Positions 13,194 through 25,994 are shown, counted from the stretch's first letter. The stretch: 64,000 nt of DNA from Octopus sinensis (GCF_006345805.1 NC_043015.1:34038001-34102000); one strand, 5' to 3'. The notes: generated from the letters alone by a model not told the origin. Numbers and translations: made by a program.

Positions 13194-15010
13194 CTCTCTG
13201 TCACACACACATACACTCAGATGTGCACACGTGCACATGCACAGACACACACACATGTTTTTTTTGTAGTGGAAACATTTTCTGCATGTGTAACTTGCTG
13301 CGCATATTTTGTTGTACTGTATTTTTCATTTGAGATTCTATAATAATTAGCTGATCTATCGTTTTTGTCATCTGCTCCCGTATTCTGAATTTCTGATCCC
13401 TGTTTTAAAAGAAGGTCAAAGCAAAATACCACAGAATAAGGCATCAAGAGACAGGAGGATCAACAGAACTGAGGGAAAATAACATGCATATACGCATACA
13501 TACACTCACTCAGATCCGTGCATTCATATCTGATAAGTTGTGGCTCTTCGTCAAAAAACAAGAGCATTCATTTATATTCATCTATATGTAGTAAGAATGA
13601 TTAATGTAGTGTAATGACAATTATACTTAACAAACAATGGTCATGACCCTGAGTCCCTGGCAAAGCAGTCCTCTATACTGGGTATATTATGAAGTATATT
13701 ATGAGGTGCTGTTTGGCTTACATCTGTAATGTGCTCATCTGAAGAGGGTAAGCCTCTGCCTTGCAAGAAACTTGGAGTCATGGCCTTTGTGTATCACTAT
13801 GATCACCATTAATCTAATATCTTATTATGGCTATGCATAAGTGTGTGTGTGTGTATGTATACTCATATATGCACACACATTAACACACACACATACATAT
13901 ATGTGTATATGTGTGTGTATATATGAAGCTAGGTGTATGTGTTTTAATACGTATGCTTGTTAACACATGTTTGTCTTGTAAGAAATTACAAATAAACAAG
14001 ATTAAGAATGTCAAGTACTTCATTCCAGTCAAAGATACACCAATTCTTGCTTGCGTTTAAACAACATTTCTTTTATTCTCTTCTTTCATCACCCCCCCCC
14101 CCTCTTTAATGTTTCCTGACCAAAAACAAGTGCTTAAATCTTTGAGCTTTCCTCTTGATTTTCCTTACAGAATAAAATTAATTACCTCGTACACTTGTTC
14201 GTTATTTTGTTGCCATCGTTTCTTTTTTTTTATTCCTGGAACATTTCTGGATTTTCTCTTTAATGAGGTTTATTCCATAAATACGTTAATACATTTGTTG
14301 TCTAACTTCTGTTAAATATCTTTAATTTTGGTATATTTTTTAACCGAGTGGTCATAGAAACGGTGGTGTTGATCTGTAATGTCAGACGCTGCATCAACTG
14401 TTGTTTTATCAAATGAACCAAAAATAGCAGAACAGAAGCTTATTTGACCATTTAAATATTCATTAATTCCAAAATTATAAACTTAATATAAAGTCAATTC
14501 TGCTTTGATTTGGTTTCAGTTCAGAGGACAAAAACAAAGAAATTAAAATAAAAAAAAAACAAACAAAACAAAAATAAAACTATAATGTGAGAAACAAACA
14601 AACAAACAATGATAATTAATTAAAGTTCTTTATATTCTGCTAAAAGGAGTGGTTTAAAAATAAAAAGCTTTTAAACAAAGAGAAAAAGACAACAGAATAC
14701 GGTAAAATTAGATTGGAATTTGGTAGTTTTCAGGATTAAGGAGATTGAATAACATAGTCAAGTTTTTTTTGAAGATAAATGTTGTACAAAGCATCTTTTA
14801 ATTAATTTAATTGATTTAAAAAATAAAAATAAAAAGAGAAAAAAGTGGAACATAAAAAAATGAAAAAAATTAGTGAAATAGGATTAGAGCGTTCAAATAC
14901 TTTGTGAACTGATCATATTTCTGTGAGGCATTCTTTAGAATATAATTCTCTCTCTCTCTCTTTTTCTTTCTCAAGGAGTTGATATCTGTTTGTAATTTTG
15001 TAATATCAAG

Positions 15011-15058
<48 letters not shown>

Positions 15059-15059
15059 G

Positions 15060-15090
<31 letters not shown>

Positions 15091-15157
15091 GTGTATGTAT
15101 ATATTTAAGGTGATTCTGTTCTATGTTTATTTCACTCACATTCACACCACCCACATA

Positions 15158-15374
15158 TGAAGGGTTGCTGAAAAGTTCCTGACTTTAAGAGTATCACAAA
15201 CGGCCTGGCTGGAGATCCAACTGCCTGAGTCCTTTTACAGGTCTTAGAAAAACTGAAGGATCAGTGCAACAAGTGTGGGAATCTGAGAAAGGAATATGTT
15301 CAATAAAATCAGAATTAACTGATCCTCATGTATTTTCTTTTATCCAAAACCAGAAACTTTTCAGTACCCTCTCA
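15158..15374. mobile_element. Mariner-type MITE with about 25-bp TIRs and TA flanks
   Basis: Left end TGAAGGGTTGCTGAAAAGTTCCTG, right end CCAGAAACTTTTCAGTACCCTCTCA, TA on both sides; a partial homologous copy lies at about 33410-33578. Confidence 0.8.
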
Positions 15375-15392
15375 TATATGTATGTATGGATA

Positions 15393-15478
15393 TATACTCT
15401 TTTACTCTTTTTTACTCTTTTACTTGTTTCAGTCATTTGACTGTGGCCATGCTGGAGCACCACCTTTAGTTGACTCCC
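15393..15478 (-). mobile_element. Family A SINE 3' fragment
   Basis: TACTCTTT tail followed by TTACTTGTTTCAGTCATTTGACTGTGGCCATGCTGGAGCACC. Confidence 0.8.
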
Positions 15479-16759
15479 CCAGATACAACTGATATCACTA
15501 GTTAGATGCAATACTGTCTTAATTAGCATAACTGATGAATGTTTTTTAATTTAGAAACAGGGTCAGTAATTTTGAGACATGGAGTGGGGGCGTGATTAGT
15601 CAATACCATTGATTCCAGTTGTATTTGGTTATTACTTTATTTATCCTGGTGGGAAGAGAGACGAAACTGACTCTGGCCAGATCTGAACTAAGAATGTGGA
15701 GAGCTGGAAGAAGAAGAAGAAGAGTATTCTGTTGGGTATTTTGTCTGAATCTTCTCTAACGATTCAGCCAACCCACTGCTCTAATGGATTTAGAAGACAA
15801 CAACAACAACAACAACAACAATACTGTCATCGTCATCATCATCATCACCATCACCATCATTGTTACTTTTGATGTCACTCTTCCATAACCAATAACAGCA
15901 TCATTATTAATTCTGCTACTACAACCAGTACAGTTACTATTACATCACCATAATCCTCATCCTGTCACCAATACTATTACTACTACTACTACTACAGTAC
16001 TACAACAACCACCACTAGTACCACCACACTACCATCATTCTCCTCAAACCAGTATTTTTGTTGCTAAATTCCATTCCATTCTGGCATGAAGTGGGTGCGT
16101 CTTTAGATGGTTCCATCATCAATTTGAGAGAGGTGGGGGGAGAGAAAGCGAGAGAGAGGGGAGGAGAAAGTGAGAGAGAGAGAGAGAGAGAGAGAATGGA
16201 GGGGTGGAGGGATAAGACTTTACATTTTTAGTCTTCAAACAATCCTGCATAATTTGAAGAGATTGGAAATATATGATGGACCAGATCAGAAAGAACAATA
16301 TATAAAGAAGCAAATAAATAGCGAGGAGGAGGAGGAGGTTGAAGGGGAGAAGGAGGAAGAGGATGGAGGAAGGGAAAGAGGAGGAGAGGAGGAAGAAAAA
16401 GAAAAAGAAGAAGAAGGAAGAAGAGGAGAAGTAGCTAATTATGATGTTGATGCTGAAGCAAGAAAAGAAAAGAAAAGTTGAGATAGAATCCCATAGAATT
16501 AATGTTGTGTCTTTGCAACAAGGTTGGTGTCTCCAAGCGAGCAAGATGTTGTGCTGCTGGTTAACATCGTAAAACATTGATAGAATCGTAATGAAGGAGC
16601 TTGTCAAAACTTACATGTTTATCATTGGAACCAAGATTACAGGCAGCCAGCGTCTGTCAGCAGAAATTTATTACATATTTGTACTTCATCTTCGCTAATT
16701 CTTTTTCCTAACATATTTCTTCATTTTCTTCTGCGTTTGTTGAAAATTTGTGAAGATTC

Positions 16760-16798
<39 letters not shown>

Positions 16799-17280
16799 TA
16801 TTCCCATCATCATTTTTACATCTATTTATCTATGGTTGCATGGGTTGGCTGAGACTTCTCCAGCACAGCATCTTGCCACTTGTTGCAGTTCCTTCTTGCT
16901 ATTCAGCATCTGATGACATACTTTTATTACTTCTGCCTATGTACACAGGATTTGGGCTAAATTTGGCAATTTTGATCAGGAACAGCTTGATGTATTGGTG
17001 AATAGTCGATGGCGTTGGAGTGCATAAAGATTAAAGTTGTAACTGAGAAAGAGTTAACTGACACAAAGGAGTGGAAACCATCTGAATATTGGAGAAAAAG
17101 TAATTTGTATCAGGATGATCTGCATTGGGTGTCAAAATGCTAAAATCCCGACTGCTGGTCAATGTTCTGGGAACACTGCAAAAGCTGTCGGACATGACTT
17201 GGACAGCTCCAGCTGAGACTCTGAAGCTGTGATCGGCTGCAAGGGACACAGCAGGTAGTCTAGGTCTTCATGCTGGAATT

Positions 17281-17811
17281 CATCCCCACATATTTGAACA
17301 GGGTCCTAGTTTCAATTCAGAAGGCTCTGTGAAGCCTCTGGAGACTGTGGTCAATCTTTGGCTGCAGAGACTTGCTGCTGGAAATGACTCCTTGCCATTC
17401 CTCTGGAAAGAGTCAGAAGTGATTTTTGGAGAATTTCTTTCACTTTACTGGCCCCAATTTCTGGCCTTGTAATTCCCTTGATTGTAATCTCATGGATTAC
17501 TGTGTGTAGAGCATGGTGGAGAAAGATCAATTGCTTTTGTCTTCGACACCAAGGCCAAACTGGTGCCCAAGATCAAGGAGGTATTCAAAGATCTTATTAG
17601 GGACACACTGAAAAATGCATGTGCCAGGTGCTAGAGCTGTCTTGAGGTCATGTGGAAGCTAATGGCAGCTACTTGGAGTAAAAACTGTTATCTCCCAGCC
17701 ATAATCTTGTTACTAGTTTTTATTGATTTTAAATATTTTTATTTTTGGATGGAATATTGTGGGGGTTTTTTTCCTTTCCTGCAAACTGTCAAATTTAGTC
17801 CAAACACCCTG
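17281..17811 (+). mobile_element. Tc1/mariner-superfamily (maT/DD37D-like) transposase 3' remnant with TIR
   Basis: PHIFEQG..LETVVNLWLQRLAAG..DS..PNFWPCNSLDCNLMDYCV*SMVEKD..KIKEVFKDLIRDTLKNACARC*SCLE; ends in ..CACCCTG followed by TA at 17812-17813. Homology may extend upstream to about 17090. Confidence 0.8.
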
Positions 17812-17819
17812 TATTCTTC

Positions 17820-18112
17820 AGTTTTCTACTTCTGCAAGCTTTTTCCTGGAAGTACAAATGATATGGTTCGTTCTGTGCAATTTTGCAACAAGGTCAACAA
17901 AGTCATGAATCCCTACAAAATGCTCTTTGAACGGAAAAAGAAGCAGCAGAAGCAACTTCCTATCACAATGCTACTACTGCGGTTGCACCTTCGGAAGAAG
18001 TGGAAGAGGTGTCCCAGGAAAGGGCACCGTTGTCAGCAGATGTGGATGAGAATGATGATGATAAAGAGGATGAGGATGAGGAGGTTGATGATGATGATGA
18101 TGATGATGATGG
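17820..18112 (+). mobile_element. pogo/Tigger-like transposase C-terminal relic
   Basis: NDMVRSVQFCNKVNKVMNPYKMLFERKKKQQKQLPITML followed by an acidic tail resembles pogo/Tigger C-termini (from recall). Confidence 0.6.
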
Positions 18113-19102
18113 TGATCTCCCTTTATTTATTTCTGTTTAATTTCTGCTTACTTTTGTAGATTATATCCTCTTTCACTGAATTATTGCAAATATAGACAGA
18201 AAATAGTTCTTGTAATAATTTGTGCAAATACTAAAATATATTCCAGAAGTATTTTACCCAATTTTGTGGGGGAAAGACAAATATATAATGGTACGCACAC
18301 ATAAAGGATTGTGTGTATATGGATCACATATCTGTTTACCTGGCTTGAAATAATAAACCAATAATACATAAAACTGATGTATTGTTGCCATTCTAATCCA
18401 TGGATTTATTACTATCCCACTACTCATAAAAATACTATGATTTGTGGATCAATCTTCATTATGGATTTGTCATAATTATGAATTTCTTCTTCTATTTACA
18501 GAATTGTCATATTTCTTCATATGAAATATTACTGAATCCATCCAACACAAAAATTTCAGTGCGTGCATGAAATTCCTACTGTTTAGAGATCAATTGTGAC
18601 AATAAATCCTTGCTATTTATGGATTAATCATGTGTATGAATCTATGCCAACTGTGGATCAATCCAATATATCTTCTACATAATACCACATGATTTGCTGT
18701 GTCCAATTTATCTATTCATTCCACATCATCACACACCAACACTGAGATTTTATATCACATTAGCTGAAAGTAAATATTGATTTCAGTGATTAGAACTTCA
18801 CCGAGGGTGTTCTATATTCATCTCACACTCATAATGAGCTGAATTGTTAGGAAACCAGCTTTAACCATCCATATTTCAAAACTGGATCTGTGCTTCGTTT
18901 TTGGCACATATAATTAGCTTGTGAAGGCTTGGTTCTCATAACTCATAACAGGCATCAGAGTGAGGTGTACTTCACTACTTATTCCGTATTTCATTGCCGA
19001 AATAGGTTCTTTAGTGAGATTTATTTTCTGCTGCATCCATTAAGACAATTTACTGCAGTTTCTGCTGCTGCATGAAGATGTGTTGAGTGTTCAAAGTTGA
19101 TT

Positions 19103-19230
19103 GAGCTGTGGAAGTGGAAGACCTAAGAAGATATGGGACGAAGTGGTAAAAAGGTATTGAACCTTACAAAAAATATGGCAAGGACCGTGACGATTGGTGA
19201 CATGCTGTGCTCTTTCAAGCAAGCATGGCA
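19103..19230 (+). mobile_element. RTE LINE extreme 3' fragment
   Basis: CGSGRPKKIWDEVVK (the RGRP..W motif), then DW..AV, ending in GCAAGCATGG like the family B tail. Confidence 0.6.
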
Positions 19231-19627
19231 GAGAGGTGAGAGGGGTGCTCTTGATGCGTCACATCCTCCCTACCTCTTAGGATAATTTTACTGCATTCTT
19301 CCTCTGTTGTCCTTCCACCTCTATGGTTCTCTTCAGCCTCATTTTTCTCTCACTGCTCTTGCAGCATTCATCCCATTCTCGGCCATCTCAGCCTTTCTGT
19401 CTCTCACCATTCGCTTCTTGTAGTTTCTTCATCATCTCAACACCCTTGTCTCTCACACTGCCCCTTAAAAGACATCCCACTCCTTTCTTAACCTGCAATA
19501 TTCCCCTTGTCTCAGCTTCTGCAGATCCTCGTCCTTCTCTCCTCTCTTCCTGTCTCATTCCTCTCTGCCCATATTTAACTCTTGTCACATGGGTAGTGCT
19601 AGGTCACCTCTATACACTCTGGTGGGG

Positions 19628-19906
19628 TCAGTGAATGAAGGTGTCATCAACATGTCGAAGCCATAGGGTTGGCTTTATTGGTGTTGATCCTAAAGCCAAA
19701 TTCTCAAAGTATTCCATGTATATATTGACTATTACCAGTGATAATGGTGAACCCATAGCTAAACCCTCTTTTTGTTGATATATATCAGTATCTACTCTGA
19801 AGTAGGTAGTTACTATGCAGAAAGTCAACAGTTCCATCAAGTTTTCTATTGGCATACTAGTGCATTCTTTTATAGCGGTATCCATCACTAGTTTGTCTTG
19901 AATCAC
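19628..19906 (-). mobile_element. Penelope-like element reverse transcriptase fragment
   Basis: ELLTFCIVTTYF..IYQQKEGLAMGSPLSLVIVNIYMEYFENLAL..PTLWLRHVDDTF: the GxAMGSPLS and (Y)VDD motifs diagnostic of PLE RT. Confidence 0.9.
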
Positions 19907-20057
19907 CTAGTACAAATATGAAGTAATATGGACACCAGTATTAAGAAAAAACACTAAGTTTATGTGTATGTAAATAATGTAATATATGTGTATACATGTG
20001 CATATATATATATTTATTTCTATATATGAGTGTGTTTGTATATATATATATATATAA

Positions 20058-20580
20058 ACTCTGCTTGCGAAGACCTGTTGAGGCAAGTGAAGTCAAATCA
20101 AAATCAAAATAAAATTTGATGACTGGCGTCTGTGCTAGCGGGGTGCGAAGAGCACCATACGAGTGTGATCATTGATAGAGCGGCTAACTGGTTTCCATGC
20201 CAGTGGCACTTAAAAGGCACCATCCGAGCATGATTGTTCACAGGGCGGCTATCAGGCCTCCATGCCTGTGGCATGTAAACGACACCATTCGAGTGTGATC
20301 GTTACCAGCATCGCCTTACTGGCACATGTGCCGGTGGCATGTGTAAAAGATTCGAGTGAGGTCATTGCCAGTACTGCCTGACTGGCCCCCGTGCCGGTGG
20401 CACGTAAAAAGCACCTACTACACTCTCGGAGTGGTTGGCGTTAGGAAGGGCATCCAGCTGCAGAAACTCTGCCAGATCAAGATTGGACTCTGGTGCAGCC
20501 ATCTGGTTTGCCAGCCCTCAGTCATTCGTCCAACCCATGCTTGCATGGAAAGCGGACGTTAAATGATGATGATGATGATG
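20058..20580 (+). mobile_element. Long family B SINE-like retroposon with internal ~64-bp tandem subrepeats
   Basis: Four to five subunits (CCAT.CGAG..TGATC..GCCAGT..ACTGGC..GTGCCGGTGGCAC.TAAAA), then the GGAAGGGCATCCAGC core and a (GAT)n tail. Confidence 0.9.
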
Positions 20581-20593
20581 TACACACACACAC

Positions 20594-20631
<38 letters not shown>

Positions 20632-20633
<2 letters not shown>

Positions 20634-20970
20634 GCTTTTACGCTTTTACGCTTTTACTTGTTTCAGTCATTTGACTGCGGCCATGCTGGAGCACCGCCTT
20701 TAATCGAGCAACTCGAGCCCGGGACTTATTCTTTTGTAAGCCCAGTACTTATTCTATCGGTCTCTTTTGCCGAACCGCTAAGTAACGGGGACATAGACAC
20801 ACCAGCATCGGTTGTCAAGCAATGCTAGGGGGACAAACACACACACAAACACACACACATATATACATATATACGACAGGCTTCTTTCAGTTTCCGTCTA
20901 CCAAATCCACTCACAAGGCTTTGGTCGGCCCGAGGCTATAGTAGAAGACACTTGCCCAAGGTGCCACACA
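20632..20970 (-). mobile_element. Family A SINE, 5'-truncated, tail-to-tail with the family B copy
   Basis: (ACGCTTTT)n tail and a well-preserved body that stops abruptly after CCAAGGTGCCACACAG. Confidence 0.9.
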
Positions 20971-21553
20971 GCCAGTAGAAGAAACAGAGTGACTCAAGGT
21001 CCAAGAGTTTTGTGTGTTGGCACTTATGAGGAGTTTAGGTCAAGATGACTCAAACTAATAGGTATGCGTTCTGAGTGCGCAATTAGGTATGCCACCATGT
21101 GTGTGTGTGTGTGGTGTGTGTGTGTGTGTGTGTGTGTGTGAGTGTGTAATTATATATGTGTGTGTATACATACTCACATACATATATAAACACACACATG
21201 CATACAGATGTAAAGGGAGAGATGTGTGTATGTGTGCATGCATGTATGTTTATGCATAAATGCATGTGTGTGTAAAAATATACATAGACACATCAAACAA
21301 TTTCTCCCACTTCTACCTGAGGGGCTTAAATTGAGTGGTGTCTAATATGTGAGGCTGCAAGATCTATCTTACCTGGAGATGAGACATCACTGGTTTTATC
21401 TAATCATGTGAACTAATGTCATTACAATGCTACAAAAATATACCGCAGTATTATTGACGCACAAACCAATTTTCAGTACCTAACTTCCCAGCATGCATTA
21501 TTCTTCATTCTACTTTCCTCATGCATACACACATTCATCTACCTGTCTATCCT

Positions 21554-21618
<65 letters not shown>

Positions 21619-21760
21619 CTGTGTGTTTGTATATATATATTATCTATATATATATATATAGATTTGTGTATATATATATTTATATATATGTATATATATA
21701 TATATGTGTATACAAGTATATATATATATGCATATGGAAGTATATATACATGTGTGTGTT

Positions 21761-21793
<33 letters not shown>

Positions 21794-21908
21794 ATATATA
21801 TGTACATACATATATATAAACACATGTATATATATATACACACACATATATTAATATTTATTTATATATATGTAGATATATATGTATATATATATGTATA
21901 TGTATATA

Positions 21909-21949
<41 letters not shown>

Positions 21950-21963
21950 CATACACACACATG

Positions 21964-22013
<50 letters not shown>

Positions 22014-22076
22014 CATACGTTTACAAATACATACACATACATATATATATGCACACACACACACACATATATATAG

Positions 22077-22265
22077 TGAGAATTTACAAAAAAATAAAAG
22101 ATGAAGACAGGTGTATAAACAACAAACAAATGTATTAGTTTAATGCTTGGGAAGTGAGAAAGTCTTTTACGTTTCGAGCCAAAACTCTTCGACAGAAAGG
22201 AACACATAAATAAACAGGGAGAGAAAATAGAAAAAGGTTTAGTGGCTAGCAATCTATCGTGGTGA
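22077..22265 (-). mobile_element. Short PLE-type repeat carrying a hammerhead-like motif with a core substitution
   Basis: Minus strand 22199-22164 reads CTTT-CTGTCGA-A-GAGT-TTTG-GCTC-GAAAC-GTA-AAAG. Confidence 0.55.
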
Positions 22266-22289
22266 TATAAATACATTGATATATTGTTT

Positions 22290-22684
22290 TATTCTTTTAC
22301 TTGTTTCAGATTGTGGCCATGCTGGAGCACTGCCTTTAGTCAAACAAATCAATTCCAGAACTTATTCTTTGGAAGCCTAGTACTTATTCTATTGGTCTCT
22401 TTTGCTGAACCGCTAAGTTACAGAGACATAAACACACCAACATCAGTTGTCAAGTGATGGTGGGGGGACAAACAAAGACACACAGATATATACATATAAA
22501 TATATAAATATATATATATATATGCTGGGCTTCTTTCAGTTTCCGTCTACCAAATCCACTCACAAGGCTTTGGTTTGCCTAAGGTTATAGCAGAAGACAT
22601 TTGTCCAAGGTGCCATGCAGTGGGACTGAACCCGGAGCCATGTTGTTGGGAAGCAAGCTTCTTACCACACAGCCATGCCTGCAC
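22290..22684 (-). mobile_element. Full-length family A SINE
   Basis: Head GGCATGGCTGTGTGGTAAGAAGCTTGCTTCCC..GGGTTCAGTCCC, with body and tail as in 5697-6125. Confidence 0.9.
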
Positions 22685-22717
22685 CAATGTATATGTATAT
22701 GTGTATATGTGTATGTG

Positions 22718-22776
<59 letters not shown>

Positions 22777-22861
22777 ATGTGTGTGTGTGTGTGTATGTAT
22801 GTACAGAGAGCGAGAGAGAGAGATAAACACACAAATATATACAAATATATATATAAATATA

Positions 22862-23093
22862 TATAAAATATTATTAGAGACAAAACCACTATTTTGCAAA
22901 ACAAACAAGGAAAGACTTAATCAATACATAATTTGAAACTGACTTATTGGAAGTCCACCTGAAGATTGTCGATCAAGACAAGAAACGATGTAGTGGCGGT
23001 TTTTTTGACTATTTATTAAAATTTTATGTATTGATTAAGTCTTTCCTTGTTTGTTTTGCAAAATAGTGGTTTTGTCTCTAATAATATTTTATA
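22862..23093. repeat. Perfect 70-bp inverted repeat enclosing a 92-nt loop
   Basis: 22862-22931 is the exact reverse complement of 23024-23093 (checked base by base). Confidence 0.97.
22955..22996 (+). ncRNA. Minimal type I hammerhead ribozyme motif, intact core
   Basis: CCAC-CTGAAGA-TTGTC(GATCAA)GACAA-GAAA-C(GAT)G-TA-GTGG: stem I CCAC/GTGG, 5-bp stem II, 2-bp stem III and GUA triplet. Predicted cleavage is after 22992. Confidence 0.85.
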
Positions 23094-23779
23094 ATATTTT
23101 ACTATTAAATTGGATTTAATCCTAAATCTGATTTTTTCCCTGTAAATTTGGATTTATTCCCTAATATTTATTATAAATATATATATATGTATATATATGT
23201 ATACACACACACACATGAAATGTGTGTATGTATATAAAAAATGCATATATATGTGTGTGTGTGTGTGTGCGTGCGTGTGTATGAAAAGAATCAATAAAAG
23301 CCAATTATGGCAAGTCTTAAAAGTTAGAGCAGTGAGTTATCCTGTAGCCATTATCAAAGGACAGGTGAGATCAATTATGTTGTGCCGAAGACAATGGTTG
23401 GACTTAAACAGCAGAAATTTTATAAGTCTACCGGCTTTAATTGATATTAAGAGGAATTTCAATTAGTAGTAGTTAAAGAGTGGTATCGTGCTAAACTATC
23501 TGCTTTGTGGCCATTTCATTCCATCTTTTAATAATCTGAGTTGAAACCTCTCTCTGCTCAACTTTGTTTTCATATTTCTCAATAATGAAATTCCATTGAT
23601 TCACTCAGTAACAGCCACCATCAACAAACGTGCATTTGAGTCTGGGCTAATGTTAGCTTGGTAGAATTGGCAGGGAAGCCGACATAAAGAATGGTAGCAT
23701 TTGGTTATGTCTGTTTTCAAGTCCTTCAGGGTTCAACTTTGACCTTGGCCTATTTGATGATGGGGAAACTTTTAGATTT

Positions 23780-24176
23780 AACTTTTCTCAGTCATTAGGC
23801 TGTGGCCATGCTGGGACATCACCTTGAAGATTTTTTAGTTGATTGTATCCACCCCAGTACTTATTTCTTTAAAGCACAGCACTTATTCTATCATTCTCTT
23901 TTGCTTATTCACTAAGTTATGGGGATGTAAACACACCAGCAGTGGTTGTCAAGCAGTGGTGGTGTTGGTGAGGGGACAGACACAGACACAAAGACACACA
24001 CACACACACAGATATATACATATAGATACATATATACAATGGGCTTTGTTCAGTTTCCATCTACCAAATCCACTCACAAGGCTTTTGTTGGCCTGAGGCT
24101 ATAGTAGAAGTAGAAGACGCTTGCCCAAGGGGCCGTGCAGTGGGACTGAACCCTGAACAACACAGCCATGTTGGTA
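23780..24176 (-). mobile_element. Family A SINE, diverged
   Basis: Collinear with the other family A copies from tail to head. Confidence 0.85.
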
Positions 24177-24370
24177 CCTATGTTAATAAAATAATCGCCA
24201 ATCATATACTTGTGATTTGCTATATTTTCTCAGGTATAAGTCACACTATTTTATACTTAACTTTAACTGAAAACTATGGGGCATGATTTATACACAAGGC
24301 TTAGCTGAGACTATGAAAGGAAAATATTTTGTACAAATATTGAACAGAAAAGAAAGGGTACGACTTACGC

Positions 24371-24655
24371 TTGAGTGTGGCTTCTATATGGGTAAACACA
24401 GTAACTGACTTTATCTTCTCCTACCCAAAATCTGGCTTCCTGTCAATGTTAGAAACCATTAATCTTGTTTTCAGGGTCAGAAAAGAGCTGGAGCTCTCTA
24501 GCAGGAGCAAATCATTCTTCATCAAAAGAAAGCAGCTCAATGACATAACCAGTGTCAATCCCAGCAGGTTAACAAGGGCTGTCACTAAACAACTTAGCAT
24601 GGTAGAGTCCACTATTAGGCATGGGGTGAAGAGGACACTTGGCTGCTGTGTCTAG
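24371..24655 (+). mobile_element. Tc1/maT-like transposase N-terminal (HTH) relic
   Basis: LVFRVRKELE..DITSVNPSRLTRAVTKQLSMVESTIRHGVK resembles the NP..S.R.IA.EL.VSESTIR motif; an opposite-strand piece (SEIASFLNM) lies near 24910-24940. Confidence 0.5.
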
Positions 24656-25952
24656 GTTATCATTGGGTATGACAGACCAATGCCCACCACTGTAGAAAGG
24701 GTTTGGATGGTGGATGGATGGATTGACTGCATAGATGGGGGCACCTGATTCTGTGAAGCACTCATTTCTGTAGCCACATGAGAGCCCCAGAGTAGCTGAG
24801 GACGATTTCGTGAAATGGTCTGTTTATTTGATGTATCTAGTTGAATATTTGTGACATTTTTCTGGGGAGAAACCTTTTGATGTCATTTTTTATCTTTTAC
24901 CATATTCAAGAAGCTGGCAATCTCTGAGCGATGTGGCTAGTGCTAGAGCCATGAGCTCAGCATGGCTTTTATCTTTCATGTCAGATCTGAATCTGCAATG
25001 TCAATGCTGCCAATATGTCAGGACAAAATTAGAAAGTTAAAATTTGGTCTGTCATTTATGGCTTTCTAAAGTTGGTTCACAAATAGCTTGCATATTCTGT
25101 CCATTTGCAATAATATCCAGTACACATTCTAGCCATTGTAATAGTTGTACATTATTTTTGGTTCAAACTGAACAACTGGTATGATATATTCAGCAGAACT
25201 TCAAATCTGGATTGTTGTAAGTTTAATGTCAATGCAGCAGAGTGATGTGTTGTGATTTCAAGTGATAATGTAACGATGTGATATTGTGTGTTGTTGTGGT
25301 ATGCAGTGGTATTGTGATACAGTGTGGGAAGCAGTACAGTTTAGTATGATGTAGTGTAATGTGGTGATAAAAGAATGTAATGTTGGTGTAGTATCAGGTG
25401 TTGTAGGGGTATGAAGGGGATCATGAAATGAAGGAGCAGATGAAGGAGGTAGATGAAGGGGGTATATGAAGGGGGTATATGAAGGGGGTAAGCGCAATGC
25501 TAAAAATAAATGTTAATTTAAAGTGACATTGTCTTCACTTTATCATATTGACTGAAGATTAAAAATGGTTTCCTTTAATAGCTTGTATGTGTGTATAAAA
25601 GTGTGTGTGTGTGTGTAATAGTGTGCGTCAATTTATGTGTACATGTCAGTAGATGGTCTACATGTTTGTAGGGTGTGTATTCTGGTGAGTGTATGCATGT
25701 TAATGTGCGTGGGCATATGTTAAGAGAATGTTTGAATGGTGTAATGTGATTGTGCATGCGTTTATTCAAGAAGAGTATTTATGTCACTGTGTGTACTTGA
25801 ATAATTTTGTGTGTTTAGTATATGCGTGTGAGTGGCTGAATATTGGTGTGCATGTACACACACACAAACACACACACACACGCACAATTTCTCTGTGACT
25901 TCGTAAGTGTATGTTGATGTATATGTGTAATAATGTGAATGAGTGTGTGTGT

Positions 25953-25990
<38 letters not shown>

Positions 25991-25994
<4 letters not shown>

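Noticed and set aside
16170-16481. Acidic E-rich ORF
   Set aside because: Purine-rich low-complexity tract with no splice or homology support.
20140-20410. CRISPR-like palindromic repeats at about 64-bp spacing
   Set aside because: The whole unit is repeated with no unique spacers, it lies inside a SINE, the context is eukaryotic, and there are no cas genes.
21493-22276. Cluster of YIYI/CVCV ORFs
   Set aside because: (TA)n, (TG)n and (CT)n microsatellite artefacts; the same applies to 39512-40165 and most short ORFs in the track.
24795-24825. CTGAGGA-CG-ATTT-CG-T-GAAAT-GGTC hammerhead-like string
   Set aside because: Only a 2-bp stem II and no stem I complementarity.
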